A stretch of DNA of 64,000 nt from Schmidtea polychroa (taxonomy: Eukaryota): assembly GCA_044892525.1 (NCBI GenBank), contig CM097885.1, positions 47,617,727 to 47,681,726 of the forward strand, given 5' to 3'. Below are positions 21,499-35,476 of the stretch, one piece after another. The position numbers and the translations under genes are program-made. Below the pieces are notes generated by a model, which saw only the letters and a program-made list of their open reading frames with translations, made no database searches and was not told the DNA's origin. Position 1 is the first letter of the stretch. Each line of letters opens with the position of its first letter.

Positions 21499-22462
21499 AA
21501 ATTACTTAAAAATTTATTCCATAAAAGTTTTCATTAAAAATTACTTAAAAAATTATTTCATAAAAATTTTCATTAAAAAATTTCAATTCTCAAACACCTA
21601 CTATTATTTTGTTAATAAATTTAAAAATCTTACTTTAATTTACTTATTTAACTTTAATTTTTACCATTGATTACTTAATTTTAAAATTTGGACCTTAATT
21701 AACTTAATTAATTTAATTTTTTAGAACCTTAATTTAGTTATTTGTGCCCATTCATTACTTTAATTTAATTTTTTAGGACCTTAATTTACTTTATTTTAAT
21801 TTTTTTTAGAATCATTATTTACTTCATTTAAAAATTTGAACCTTAATTTACTTAGTTGAGCCCTTAATTAACTTTAATTTTAAATTTTGAACCATTATTT
21901 ACTTTAATTTAATATTTTAGAACCTAAATTTACTTTAATTTTAAAATTTGGACCATAATTTACTTTAATTAAAAAATCTTAGCCCATAATTTACTTATTT
22001 AGACCATAATTTACTTTATTTCAAAAAAAAAAAAAATTTGGACCTTAATTAACTTTAATTTAATTTTTTAGACCCATCATTTACTTTATTTTTAAATTTT
22101 AGACCCATAATTTGCTTTATTTTAAAAATTTACTATGCGTTTTTAATGTAAACCACGTTTTCTATTGAAATTCTCATGACCAAGAAGATCCCCTCACTAT
22201 AGTCTGAAAAATCCATACTTTTTTATTGAAGACTACCTTTTTCTATTGAAATTCTCAGGACCAAGGAGACCCACCCAAATAATATTTATCCTTGGCTTGT
22301 TTATTGAAAAAAAAATTTTGTATTTAAAATCCCAGAAAACATTGGGCATTACGGCAACAATTATGTAATCAAAAAATGTCCAAGGAAAAGGTTATGCAAT
22401 CAAAAGTTTGCACCATTTTTACCCCCCCCCCTATTGCTGCCGTAGGCTACTAACTACCTACT
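21437..22462 (+). repeat. Subterminal repeat block and Polinton-like terminus 1
   Basis: (TTA)n, cataaaaattttcattaaaaatt units, ~30-bp ccataatttactttaatt units, ending in C10...ctactaactacctact. Confidence 0.65.
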
Positions 22463-22923
22463 CCTTAGGGGGTCAAAACATCCTGTCGGATAAACTCAGA
22501 GTATATATAATAAAACTGATCAACAATAAGTATTTATTGAATGCGATTTTTACTTTGCAATAATAAGTCAGTAGTTATCATTTAAAAGAAGAATGTTTTG
22601 TAAATAAGAATTCATTAGTCTGTCATTGTAATTTAAATTATTTTGAATTTCGCGTGGTGTTTTACAGTGATTGAGTTGTGGTTTTTTGATAAATTTGAAA
22701 AGGTTTTTCTACTGATTGTAATTAAACATATTTTTGAAGACAGATAAAAAATTAATTTAAAAAAGCATTTCATAAAATATAATAAAGAATATTTAGTTGA
22801 GTGTAAGTAGTTAGTTGTTTTTACTTGGTTGTTTGAGAGTTAGTTAGTACGTGGTATCATGTTGTAAGTATTTGGTAGCATCTAGTTAAAAATAATCAGT
22901 AACCAATTGTTGGTAACTGTTTA

Positions 22924-22997
<74 letters not shown>

Positions 22998-23339
22998 CAT
23001 TAAAATTTCCATTTAAATTTTCATTATAAATTACATTTCTCAAAAAAAGTTGGTGGTTATTCAATCTTTTGATAATAAATTTAAAAACCTTAGTTTAATT
23101 TACTTATTACATTACTTATTTAAAAATTATTACTTTAATTTACTCATTTAGCTTTAATTTAAAATTAAAACCATTGTTTTCTTTAATTTAAAATTTTGAA
23201 CCTTAATTTACTTATTTAAAATTTTTAACTTTAATTTACTTATCCTTAATTTACCTAATTATCCTTTATTACTTAATTTTACACCATAATTTACTAAACA
23301 ACTAATTATAACCATTATTTTCATATTTAACCAATAATT

Positions 23340-24700
23340 TCATGTGGTCATCTGGTTGTAAGTACTTGGTACCTAGTTGACAGTGCTTAGTAGTTGGTAT
23401 CTGTTTGATAGCTGGTTGATAGTACTTAGTAGCAGGTAACTGGTTGTTAGTAACTAGTTGTAGGTTGTAGGTGGTTGGTAATGCTTAGTAGCTGGTTGAT
23501 AGTACTAGTTGTTAGTATATAGTTGTAGGTAGTTGGTTGTTGTTGGTTGTAAGTACTTGGTAGTTGGTTGTAGGTACTTAGTAGTTGGTATCTGTTTGAT
23601 AGCTGGTTGATAGTACTTAGTCGCAGGTAACTGGTTGTTAGTAACTAGTTGTAGGTTGCAGGTGGTTGGTAATGCTTAGTAGCTGGTTGATAGTACTAGT
23701 TGTTAGTATATAGTTGTAGGTAGTTGGATGTTGTTGGTTGTAAGTACTTGGTAGTTGGTTGTAGGTACTTAGTAGTTGGTATCTGGTTGATAGCTGGTTG
23801 ATAGTACTTGATAGGTGGTAGTTAGTTGGTTGTAGGTACTTAGTAGTTGGTAATTAATGCTTAGTACCTGGTTGATATTGGTTGTATGTACTTGGTAGGT
23901 GGTAGGTAGTTGTTAGTACTTAGTAGTTAGTTAATGGGTAGGTGGTTGTAGGTACTTAGTAGCAGGTAACTGGTTGTAGGTATCTGGTTGTTGGCGGTTG
24001 TTAGTCCTTGGTATCTGGTACCTAGTTGGTTGCTATCAGGTAACTAGTTGTTAGTAACTAGTTATAGGTATCTGGTTGTTAGTAACTAGTTGTAAGTACT
24101 TGGTAGCAGGTAACTGGTTGGTTGGTTGTTTTTGGTTGTTAGTATCTAGTTGTAGGTACTTGGTAGTTGGTTAATAATGCTTAGTACTTGGTTGTATGTA
24201 CTTGGTACCTAGTTGGTTGCTTGTTTTTGGTTGTTAGTACTTGTTAGGTGGTTGTAGGTACTTAGTATCAGGTAACTGGTTGTTAGTAACTAGTTGTAGG
24301 TACTTGGTATCTGGTAATTTGTTGTATGTACTTGGTTGTTTGAGAGTTATTTAGTACGTGGTATTTAGTTGTAAGTACTTAGTAGCAGGTAACTAGTTGT
24401 TAGTAACTAGTTGTAGGTTGTAGGTGGTTGGTAATGCTTAGTGGCTGGTTATTGTCGGTTGTGAGTAGTTGGTAGGTGGTAGCTAGTTGTTAGTACTTGG
24501 TATCAGGTAACTGGTTGTAAGTATCTGGTTGTTTGAGAGTTAGTTAGTGCGTGGTATCTAGTTGTAAGTACTTGGTATCAGGTAACATGTTGTTAGTAAC
24601 TAGTTGTAGGTATCTGGTATCAGGTAACTGGTTGTTAGTAACTAGTTGTAGGTATCTGGTTGTAAATACATGTTGGTACTAAGTTGTTGGTTTGTTGTTG
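23340..24700. repeat. Strand-skewed G/T-rich satellite with a 191-bp higher-order duplication
   Basis: tagttggttgtaggtactt-like units; cttagtagttggtatctg recurs at 23386, 23577 and 23768. Confidence 0.85.
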
Positions 24701-24999
24701 AATTATTATTAAAATTTGTCTTTGAAAAATATTTCATAAAAATTTCCATTAAAAATTATCTTAAAAATTTCCATTAAAAATTAGCATTGAAAATTATTTC
24801 ATAAAAATTTCCATTAAAAATTACCATTGAAAAATATTTCATAAAAATTTTCATTAAAAAATTTCAATTCTCAAACACCTTCTATTTTTTGTTAATAAAT
24901 TTAAAAATCTTAGTTTAATTTACTTATTACATTACTTATTTAAAAATTATTACTTTAATTTACTCATTTAAAATTTTTTACCATTGATTACTTAATTTT

Positions 25000-25660
25000 A
25001 AAATTTGGACCATTACTTACTGTAATTTAATTTTTAGAACCTAAATTTACTTTAATTTTAAAATTTGGACCATAATTTACTGTAATTTAATTTTTTAGAA
25101 CCATAATTTACTGTAATTGAAAAATTTGAACCATAATTTACTGTAATTCAAAATTTTTGACCATAAATTTCTGTAATTTAATTTTTTTAGAACCATAATT
25201 TACTGTAATTGAAAAATTTGAACCATAATTTACTGTAATTCAAAATTTTTGACCATTATTTACTGTAATTTAATTTTTTAGAACCATAATTTACTGTAAT
25301 TTAAAAATTTGGACCATAATTTACTTTAATTGAAAAATTTGAACCATAATTTACTTTAATTCAAAATTTTTGACCATAATTTACTGTAATTTGATTTTTT
25401 AGGACCATAATTTACTTTAATTTAATTTTTAGAACCATAATTTACTTTAATTCAAAAATCTGAGCCCATAATTACTTTAATTCAATTTTTAGACCCATAA
25501 TTTACTGTAATTTAATTTTTTAGGACCATAATTTACTGTAATTTAATTTTTTAGAACCATAATTTTTTAGGACCATTATTTACTGTAATTCAAAAATTTG
25601 AGCCATAATTTACTGTAATTTAATTTTTTAGAACCATTATTTACTTTAATTGAAAAATTT
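25000..25660 (+). repeat. ~30-31 bp tandem minisatellite (~20 copies)
   Basis: accataatttact[g/t]taatt...ttt[a/g]ga units. Confidence 0.9.
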
Positions 25661-26710
25661 ACCACGCTTTTTTAGTGTAGACCAGATTTTTCTATTGAAA
25701 TTCTCAGGACCAAGGAGACCCACCTTAATTTAATTCGAAAAATCCATGCTTTTTATTGATAGTCGGATTTTTGTATTGAAAATATCCTAAGACCTTAAAT
25801 TACCATGCTTTTTTATTGATAGTCAGATTTTTGTATTGAAAATCCCAGGACCATCGAGAACCCCTCACTATAGTCTGAAAATTCCATGCTTTTTTATTGA
25901 AGACCGCCTTTTTGTATTGAAAATATCCTGAGACCTTAAATTACCATGCTTTTTTATTGAAGACCGCCTTTTTGTATTGAAAAAATCCTGAGACCTTAAA
26001 TTACCATGCTTTTTTAGTGGTAGTCGGATTTTTGTATTGAAAATATCCTGAGACCTTAAAATACCATGCTTTTTTATTGATAGTCGGATTTTCTATTGAA
26101 AAAATTTTTGTATTGAAAATCCCAGGACCATCGAGACCCCCTCACTATAGTCTGAAAATTCCATGCTTTTTTATTGGTAGTCGGATTTTTGTATTGAAAA
26201 TATCCTGAGACCTTAAAATACCATGCTTTTTTATTGATAGTCGGATTTTCTATTGAAAAAATTTTTGTATTGAAAATCCCAGGACCATCGAGACCCCCTC
26301 ACTATAGTCTGAAAATTCCATGCTTTTTTATTGGTAGTCGGATTTTTGTATTGAAAATATCCTGAGACCTTAAAATACCATGCTTTTTTATTGATAGTCG
26401 GATTTTCTATTGAAAAAATTTTTGTATTGAAAATCCCAAGACCATCGAGACCCCCTCACTATAGTGTGAAAAATCCATGCTTTTTTAGTGGTAGTCGGAT
26501 TTTTGTATTGAAAATATCCTGAGACCTTAAATTACCATGCTTTTTAGTGGTAGTCGGATTTTTATATTGAAAAAATTTTTGTATTGAAAATCCCAGAACC
26601 ATCGAGACTATAGTGTGGAACAATTGCGTAATAAAATCGTGGAACAAAAAAAATCGTGGAACAAAAAAAATCGTGGAACAATTTTACCCCCCCCCTACTC
26701 TACCTACTCT
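25660..26710 (+). repeat. ~60-bp / 157-bp subterminal repeats, short terminal repeats and Polinton-like terminus 2
   Basis: ccatgcttttttattg units; a[g/a]gaccatcgagacccc at 26124, 26281, 26438; aaaatcgtggaac x3; C9-tactctacctactct. Confidence 0.8.
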
Positions 26711-27249
26711 TGTAAATCATTAAGAAAGTAGAAAGAAGTAAAGATTGCGTTCAAAAGACCAAGTAAATTTTGTATCTGACTGAACAGTACGTATTTTTGA
26801 TCGAATTATTCCAGGATTTTTATAATAATTACAAAGAAACGTTTACAATTAGAGCGAATAATTAACTTTCAATAACTTTCACTAAACATTTAGGAGAAGT
26901 TCTGAATAATTAAAGATAATAATATATTAATGGAGAACTAAATGAATCGCAAATCACCTTGATGTAATAAACTAAATTTGTCCACCAACCCCTTCTCAGT
27001 TGAATAATATTACTTTATTTAGCAACATGTACAGAGCAATCAAAATTAAAATATAAAAAAACTAGCCAAAAGATTTTATTGAAAATATTTAATTTTTACT
27101 AAAAATCTGAATGTTGAGGTTGTTAAATTTAAAATTATATAATTAAAAAATGAATATTGAAAAATTCAAAATTAAAAGATCAACAAATGATCGAATTAAA
27201 ATTTGAAAAACGGGTCAGATGCAAATGAGATGATGGAGAAGATCATGGA

Positions 27250-28460
27250 AAGAATAGATTTATCAGATTATAATTTAATAATTTACTTTTGAAACCTCAA
27301 CACATACAAAGCTGCACAATTGTATTTGATGTCAGTGAGAGTCCTTGACAGCTTTGACCTTCTCCGGCAGAGGTTTTTTAATCTGGATCTGCTGATAATT
27401 TCTCCGCAAAGGATACTGAGTACTTGCCAAAAGAATATTTTGATTGATTGATGCACACATTCTTATCTTCAAGTCGACGAAAAATTTCTGACAAATACTT
27501 TGTAATTGTCGCCTGAATCAAATCCTATGATGACATCATTGATGTATACTTTAATATGAGAAAGATCTACTAGCATTTGATCATTGTGACTCTGAAAGGT
27601 TTGTGCAGAATTCCACAATTCGAGAAGCATCGGGAAATATTCAAATAATCCGAAGACAGTTGTTATTGCGGTCTGGATTATCTTCGGGTGCTACTGACAC
27701 TTAATGATAGGCTTTCCTCAAATCCAAATTTAAAAAGAGAATTTTGTACACAGAGATTTGAGTCCTCGTGTTTCATATCGTAGGAAATAAACTAATAGTT
27801 ATCTTACCCCTGATGACCGATATGTTGTTAATGTTAAAAACCGGGATGCTCTTTTAAAGGGTAAAGAAAATAAACGTATTTAGTTGCAAATCCTGAAAAC
27901 GAAATCCCAAAGAAATGTAATGCAAATTATGCTCAAATGTAATTGTTGCACTATCTCAGACTCGTTATTACAACAGTAAGTATTGCCGTGTTTGTATCAC
28001 AGATTATTTATTTGACCCAGAAAAGTCTACTTCCATGTATAAACGTCCAAATTGTTTGGGTCAGATTGATAAATTAAACGATTTGAATGAAGACTAATTT
28101 CTGTCCACTCACTACCGTCCATTATCTCAGCCCATCCTGTTGAAACAGAGTGAATCTTGTCGGCTAAAATTGTCAGTTGGTCCATATTATCCGTTGCTAT
28201 TGTCGTTACTTTTATGAACTTATGCAACCTATCAATAAATATTTTTCGAAAATATATATTAGTGGGTTACTGTTAATCAGCATTGTATCTTTTCTTGCAG
28301 GTTTTTACGTAACCCAGAGAGCAAGATTTGTCTACCACACGATACCCGTTGAGTGTTCAATTTTGATACTGTACTTGGTGGGAGAATACTTGTTTAAGGT
28401 GAGCGCATCCCAGTGTACTATTACCGTCAAACATTCAGCTAAGCTTGTGGAATGCCGATA
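27250..28460. mobile_element. Possible degraded LTR-retrotransposon gag-like relic(s)
   Basis: Minus-strand MDQLTILADKIHSV resembles a Gypsy gag motif; otherwise heavily disrupted. Confidence 0.3.
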
Positions 28461-31255
28461 GAAGGCTTTTTGCCCGTTTTACATTATATTTCTCTTCTAT
28501 TTTTACATATCAACAAATAAACGAAATAGTTTTCAATTATCGCTTTCGTTAGATATATATTTGCAATCACAAACCATTTACAGCATGAAGTTGGAGGATA
28601 TCTGGCCAGTTGGACGTTCTCTAAGGTCCGGTGAGGATAACAATAATTTGACAATAACCCGTAGAATTTCTTATTTTTTTAATGTTACCAACAAATATGT
28701 TTAATTTATTTATATATTTGTGTGGTTGTGTGGAAGGTATTTTAACCCGTTTTGTCACAAGTATATTTTTTGGTAAAATGCATTGATTTTTGTAATTTTT
28801 GTAATTGCTAATTATTTAGAAGATAACTTTAGGAGTTTGACTCATAGGTCACACTGGGGAATTCATGAAGGCGTACTTTTTAAGGTTTAATATCATATAA
28901 TAATATAATCAAATAATAAAAGGGTTAATTATACCGAAAATATTGTACTTTTAAATTAAGTTTTAGTCATATTTCAACCTTTGTAGAACACGGAAGAAAG
29001 AAATGAAATTATTATTCACAATGTTTATTACCAATTGTAATCTGATGAAAATGATACAAAAATAGTATAATAAAACTGTATAAATTATGAAGTTTTTAAC
29101 TAGATTTACATTAGATTATGGCGATATTTATGCTCGCATTCCTACTTGTAAGTCACTGACATCCGTGCAATTATTTACATTTTGTTGATCCGAATATATT
29201 TTAGATAAATTTCCATGTTGTTTCCATGGAAAATTACGATATCAATCATTCAGAATTTCTAAATCTCATCATGTCCATCAATCAAGCAATTTCTCTCAAA
29301 ACTAACTATGAAAAATTTAATAATTCTCACGTACATTTGAATGATATTCCTGTAAATTCGTGTTTTGATTATTATAAAATTGTCATTGGGAATAACAGTG
29401 ACATCCCGATAAGAATAGAGACGATTTGTAAACATTACACAATTTTGAACGGGATCCGATTTAAATGTGTTCCGCGGACCGTTTCGGCACTCAACAGAAA
29501 TACAACAAGGACTGATACATTAGTCTATGAAGTTTCCAAAGAAAGTCTATGTGTAACTGTTTCAGAATGATCTTTTTATTCAAAGATGATTTTATTGAGA
29601 AATTTGATTTATATTTTTTATGAAAATCTAGTTAGGCCAAATTTTGATTTTATAGATGATATAAAATAAATTTTGCTCTATTTTGCAATTAGACAATCTA
29701 AATTAGACATTCCTGAAAACCTTTCTCTAGATTGAAATGCGTCTTCAACTAATAAAAGATATTATTGAAGAGTATTTCGCACAAATATATGATAGTTGTT
29801 CGCCCATCACTTGATCCTCTCCACAGGCTTACAAGCCGATATTTCTCATCTCAAATTACCCCAAGAAAAGGTATTTGTCTGTGATTACAATGAAAGGCAG
29901 GAATTAGGAAAAGATAACTAAATTGCAATGCACTGATTTCAATATTGGTCTATGTTTAGATTCATGTTTTAGTGAATGCCATACACTCAATTTTTAGAGT
30001 CAAATGTAAATTAAGATAGACAAACTTACACATTAGTTTGAACGAATAGAAGTAGTGAAGATGTTTTGTATGCAAAACAAAATGAGGGAAATGAGTCTGT
30101 ACGTTTAAAATTTGCATTTGATAGTTAGAATATAGCTTCTTGGTATAAGAAAACAGAGAAGTTGTGATTAAATGCAATACCGAACAAATTAAAGATAATA
30201 AAATTTGCGGAAAAAATGATAAGAACGAAATGGTAGCGAATATAATGTTATAGGAAAGATTTTACATAGTTATTGTAATTCATATGTTTTCCTTTGATAA
30301 GTCTAGATTTTTCTATGTCTTTTAAATACTAAAATAGTGGTAGAAAAATTAATTGAACATACAAACACAATACATAGTAAAATGCATTTAAACTTTTGAT
30401 AGTTCATGGAATAAAAACTTTTAAAAATTGTATCATTTTGGAAAAAATTCAGATTAAAATTAAAAAATCCGGTCCTAACTTTAAAACATAAAATTTAAGT
30501 TAACAATTATTAAAACTTACTTGAAATTGCAAAATATTTAAGAAAAAAAATTCATAAATTGAATGAAAATAATTGACGACAAATCAAGAGTCATCCATAA
30601 ATATGTACATCAACCTATATTATAGAAAGATTTATTTAGTGCAGGCGAGTGTATCAAATAAAACTGTTTGCATTGTCACTGATAGTAAATTGTAGCAGTT
30701 TTTGACCATTTCTCTGACATATAATTTCAATATTCGCGGCTTGAATAATATTTATCCGGAAGAAATTAACAATTTTGGTATTTCGATTTAAAGTTTTCAT
30801 ACTAACTTCCAATCAATATTTGTCTTTTCATTTTATTTTTTATTGATTTTTCAACTATTATTATTTAAGTATGTAAATAGTTGCTTATTTAAAAAATATA
30901 GCTACACAAAAACTGTAATAATTTCATAAAATTGCATTTATAGGTCAACATATTAACTAAGGCGGACTCCTTCATTACAGACTGATTTTAAATGTGGCAT
31001 TTAAGGGTAACAAAAGTTTCCTTTCTCTTGTATACTATAATATAATATATTATTTTATTTGAATTTATACTAATTTCATTGGAATTTACTATAATATAAT
31101 AAAGTCTTTTAAACTTTAATTATATTAATTTAGTTAATTTAAGTAATGTTGATTGTTTTAATTTTCAAAAAAAATTTAATGGAAATTTAAATTTTTATAA
31201 ATAAAATTGATTTTAAGTATTTATGAATTATAATTAAGCAGTTCAAATATAAGAA

Positions 31256-31834
31256 ATGAGTCATAGTAATGTTATAAAGATTGAAAGTGCTATAAAAAAT
31301 TTTGTTGATTTGTCATCTAATTTGAAAGGAAAAGTTTATGTAAGTGATTTTCCATTATTTATATATGATTAATTATTAAGGATTTACTTAAAAATTTCAA
31401 TACTCTTAATAATTGCCAAATTAGTTTTGAGAACGGAGAGTATGATTGCTTAAGTTTCTATAAATATAAATAATTTTAGTCAGCTAAGTGTCGATAATAG
31501 TGGATTAGTTACTGCTTTTGGTGAAACATTGGATTTGATAAATTCAATGATGCTGTTGTCATCAAATATATCATCTTGGGATACTTTGCCTAGCTGCATT
31601 ATTAATATAAATAATGAAATACCGGTTGAATCTGTCAACAGTGAATTAGAAGCTCAATATATTGTTAATTTTATTAAAACTATGAAAACCATTGAATCAA
31701 CATTTGATAGCTTGCATGAGTCAAGATCTGAATGTTCGCCTGCTTTTGAAAATACTAGCACATTAAATTCATCGTATATAGAAAATGTAAGAAGGAATTT
31801 AAAATTAGAAGCCAAAAGAAATCAAATGGAATAG
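31256..31834 (+). CDS. Small three-exon host gene, unknown product (~165 aa); exons 31256-31339, 31381-31439, 31480-31834
   Basis: GT-AG introns of 41 and 40 nt join an open frame from ATG 31256 into the 31529-31834 ORF. Confidence 0.65.
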
Positions 31835-32071
31835 ATATGTTTTGTTTGAAATAAATATCAATTTGTTGTATTTTTAGTAATTATAATTTTTAATTAACAA
31901 AGATAATTTATAAATTTTTCGTGAGTTAAATTGACGGATGAGATTGTTTGAGTTACAAACTTAATTATAAAAATAACATTTTGATTAAAAGTCATTAAAA
32001 CTAACACGTTATTTTCAAATATATATTTATTATAAAATCTGAATATTTAAACATCAATTTAAATATCGTCA

Positions 32072-32900
32072 CTCTCCCCTTCTTTAAGAACTATGATACT
32101 CTTTCAGCCATTCAATTCTTCTGCATCTTTTCCCATCTGGATATTCTAGTTCAACTTGGTGTTCCGTTGGAAAACCAAGAATTTTTGCAGGACTTTCGAA
32201 AAAATTATGTTTTGATCTCTTATGTGGATCCATCTTTACTAGAACTCTCTCAATTTGGTCTTGAACGCTCTGAAGCTGCAGGTGTTGGATCAGCTTCAGG
32301 CGTTTCTTCATGTCAGTGGGACTAAACAAAGTGCCTTCGAGTTCCCGGCACCGACTATTAAATTTGGTGAACCGACGTTGGAGATCTCCCAATTGTTTTT
32401 GCGCCCGTTCCCGGTCCTCGCGCATTTTCTCCATAAGTTGTAAAGATGAACAAAGGATAAATTATTGGGTTTAATTCTATACGGATAGTTATGAAAAAAT
32501 CCCAGCATCATGGGTCGTTGTTGCTAAGTGCCGTGTGTTAACCAATCTTTGCTACTCTACTTGAACTCTTCATTCTAGGTCGCATTTTGTTAAATGCCAC
32601 TGCGTTTAGATTTACAGTTATCTCGGTGTCTCTCGGTTTGGTATAGTTTCTAGTCACTTCGTTCTTAATCATTCCCAGTCTCGACATTAAATACTTTACA
32701 TTGAGGCACATTCACATCCAACAACGGTAGTTCTACTCCCAGTATTGAAATTTTAAATATATCCTAGCCTTCCTTATTATTCACGATCTTAGCTAATTAG
32801 CCGACTACATTAGTTGTGATGTGCTGTTGTAGTTGAGTCAGAGTAAAACTAGCTGTTTACATCCTTCAGCTACTCGACTTGAGAGAATGTTATGTATGAC
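32072..32900 (-). mobile_element. Gypsy-like LTR retrotransposon relic (pol 3' end + polypurine tract)
   Basis: ORF 32084-32434 ends directly at minus-strand AAGAAGGGGAGAG followed by TG (putative LTR start); coiled-coil then beta-rich tail like an integrase C-terminus. Confidence 0.5.
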
Positions 32901-33999
32901 ACCTATTTGAATGTAGACTTGAAATATGTAGTGTTTAATGTGGAAAAACTCAATTAATTAGAAACTACCTATTTTCCCGGCCGAACTCGACTCGGTACGA
33001 TAATGTCGCAATCGACATTGAAGCAAAACGTGTTGCAACGTCGAACTATTAATTAACTTGATTTTAGCCGACAGAGCCGTATGCCAATGCTGGCCACCAC
33101 AGAGGAAAATTAACAAACTAACTCCGTAGCATAAAATCACGAAGGCGGCAGAACCTCCGCTGAAGATCAATATGTAATTTTAAATGCATGCTAAGTCGTA
33201 CAACCTACAATCGTTGAGGGTTGTGGACCCAACAACAATATTATCGTATGAATTGAATGTAAGACTGGCTCTAATCGTGCGCATAACTATGAACACAACG
33301 ATGCAGTAAAACAAATTCGAATTATTTTAATTCTAGTACATTCGATTCTTAATTTTTATCAATTTTGATGGCGATTTTTGAGCAATAATTTTTGTTTTTA
33401 TTTTTTGGATTTTATTTTTGAATTATTTTTTATTACATTTCCCATAATGATGGATATGGGCAATTCCAGAAAATTCCATGCTCTTTTAACCTAATTCTTA
33501 TTTTAATTGCCTTTTTATTAATGCTTTTTATGATTTTTTGTTATTTTGAAACTTAAATATTTATTTTTAAAAATTTTATTTGGTCGTTTGGCGCCCAAGA
33601 TGGATTTCGTCATTTTGATGGGTTTTTCTGAGTTTATATTCAAATTTTTGAACAAGTTTTTTTTTAAATTACGTTTTGTCACGATTTTATGGAAATTTAT
33701 TTCTACATATCGCATTAATTCGAATTTGTTTATTGCTGTTATGTGTTTTTAGGTTATATCTGAGTATATTTCGTGCAATACTTTTTGCTCGTATTTTTAT
33801 TTTATTTTTAATTCGAATGTTTCATTATTGTGTAATTGTATTTCTCTATTATATCTGGTTATTTGATGTTTATTAGATTTCATTTTAAGTATTCTTACTG
33901 CTGGCTATGGGAGTTGTGTGCCGACACATTTCGCCACAATCTTAACTTTTGGGTGTAAAATTCAGTTTTAGCCCAACATCTATTAATTATAAGTTCTTA

Positions 34000-34390
34000 T
34001 AAATTTTCAATCAATATTGATAAAAAATGCATCAGAATATTATAAGTAAGATTTCTTCGTTAAAACTTTTATTGCTACAAAATATTGATCAAAAACCTTA
34101 AGGTTGATCGCGTTATGATTTAAAGTCAATCGCCAGTGAATCCGGATGTTTTCACGCGAAAAAGCAATTTACTTTTTCTTTTACAGTTACTTTGGCTCTA
34201 GCCCTGCCACACTTCTTGTTATCTCGTGAATATGTTGGACTCCGTATGTGTAGACCAATCAACCAATGACAATGCCGTATTCAACGGACTTATTTTTGTG
34301 ATTCATAACTAAGTGATATCGAATTGTCAAATCTTGACAGAAAATATATTTCTTCTGAAAACAGAAGTCAGTTGTAAGATTATGTCACAC
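34000..34390 (+). repeat. Dispersed ~400-bp repeat; second copy at ~53295-53680, partial copy at ~52580-52700
   Basis: Shared blocks aagtcaatcgccagtgaa, ctgccacacttcttgttatc, gacaatgccgtattcaacgga, gttgtaagattatgtcacact. Confidence 0.85.
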
Positions 34391-35324
34391 TTACCTGGTC
34401 AGAAGAGAAATCTTCGGGTCTCCTGCGTAGTACTGATGAGAGCCAAAAGCTCGAAACTAGTCTACTATTGGGATTTACACTGGATATCACAAATCTTGTA
34501 ATGTTTATATTATTCAAATGTTAGACATCCGTAAAAAAATTGACACCATTACAAATTATTTTATTAGGAATATTATTTGTTTTATCAAGCAAAAACTAAA
34601 TTTGAGATTGTATCATGAATTCTTTGCTTGATTCTGTGATTTGATTTTAATGAAAATGATTTGTTTAATATAATTTAAAAAAATAATTATTCAATTTTTA
34701 ATTTGAATTTACAAACTGTCATACGAGCCCCTTCGGGGTGGGTGGGATGTTGATGATTTTAATATCTGTATTTTATTAAATATAAATCAACATGATTTGT
34801 GGTGAAATCTTGATATAAAAATTTTTCATAAAAATTTGTGAAATTTTGAGTTGGTAAATTTAATTAGGGTATTTTTTAATTTTGGGAAATTTATTTCGGG
34901 GATTTTTAATTTTTGTATTTTTTTGAATTTGAGAAGTTTTTCCTATAAATATCTATGTATATTTAATAAGAATATACAAATGTTGGATGACAGAGGAAGA
35001 AGAATCGAAGAGTTTGAATTAACACATTACTATAGAACGGGCAGCAACAAGTTCAGAATCAATATATACGTGGAGCCCAGATAACTCAAGCCGGACAAAT
35101 CAAAACAATTATCATTACAATTTGACTACTGACTTATGTACATTAGTGATTTATCGGACTATTATTTTATGACAATTATTATTTACGGTGTTTTATATTA
35201 TTTTATCAATGTATCTTATTTATTTTATGAAGTTATATGTATTTTATGTTGATATTTCATGTAAATAAAACATAGTATGGGGATTAATTAAATAATTAAT
35301 ATCAGTATAATTACAAAATACATA

Positions 35325-35476
35325 ATATTGAAAATAATAAGTGGACATTTTAAATAATTGAAAAACATATGTTGAAAATAATGAAAATAATAAGTGGACA
35401 TTTTAAATTGAAAAACATATGTTGAAAATAATGAAAATAATAAGTGGACATTTTAAATAATTGAAAAACATATGTT
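35325..35476 (+). repeat. ~52-55 bp tandem repeat x3
   Basis: gaaaataataagtggacattttaaa...ttgaaaaacatatg repeated. Confidence 0.85.

Larger units (their letters stand above)
1..26710. mobile_element. Polinton/Maverick (adintovirus-like) endogenous viral element(s); left end lies outside the window
   Basis: Protein-primed-type PolB, rve integrase, A32-like ATPase, capsid-like ORF, pX-like ORF and protease start occur together. Ends read C-run + ctactctacctactct (26687-26710) and C-run...ctacctact (to 22462), consistent with Polinton 5'-AG...CT-3' termini. Confidence 0.92.

Noticed and set aside
23340..24700. Telomeric repeat tract
   Set aside because: No regular TTAGGG/TTAGG units; irregular satellite.
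25000..26610. CRISPR-like array
   Set aside because: Eukaryotic context, no unique spacers, no cas genes; plain tandem and higher-order repeats.
29100..30200. Possible gene around ORF 29226-29570
   Set aside because: No recognisable motif or consistent exon chain; cannot be supported.
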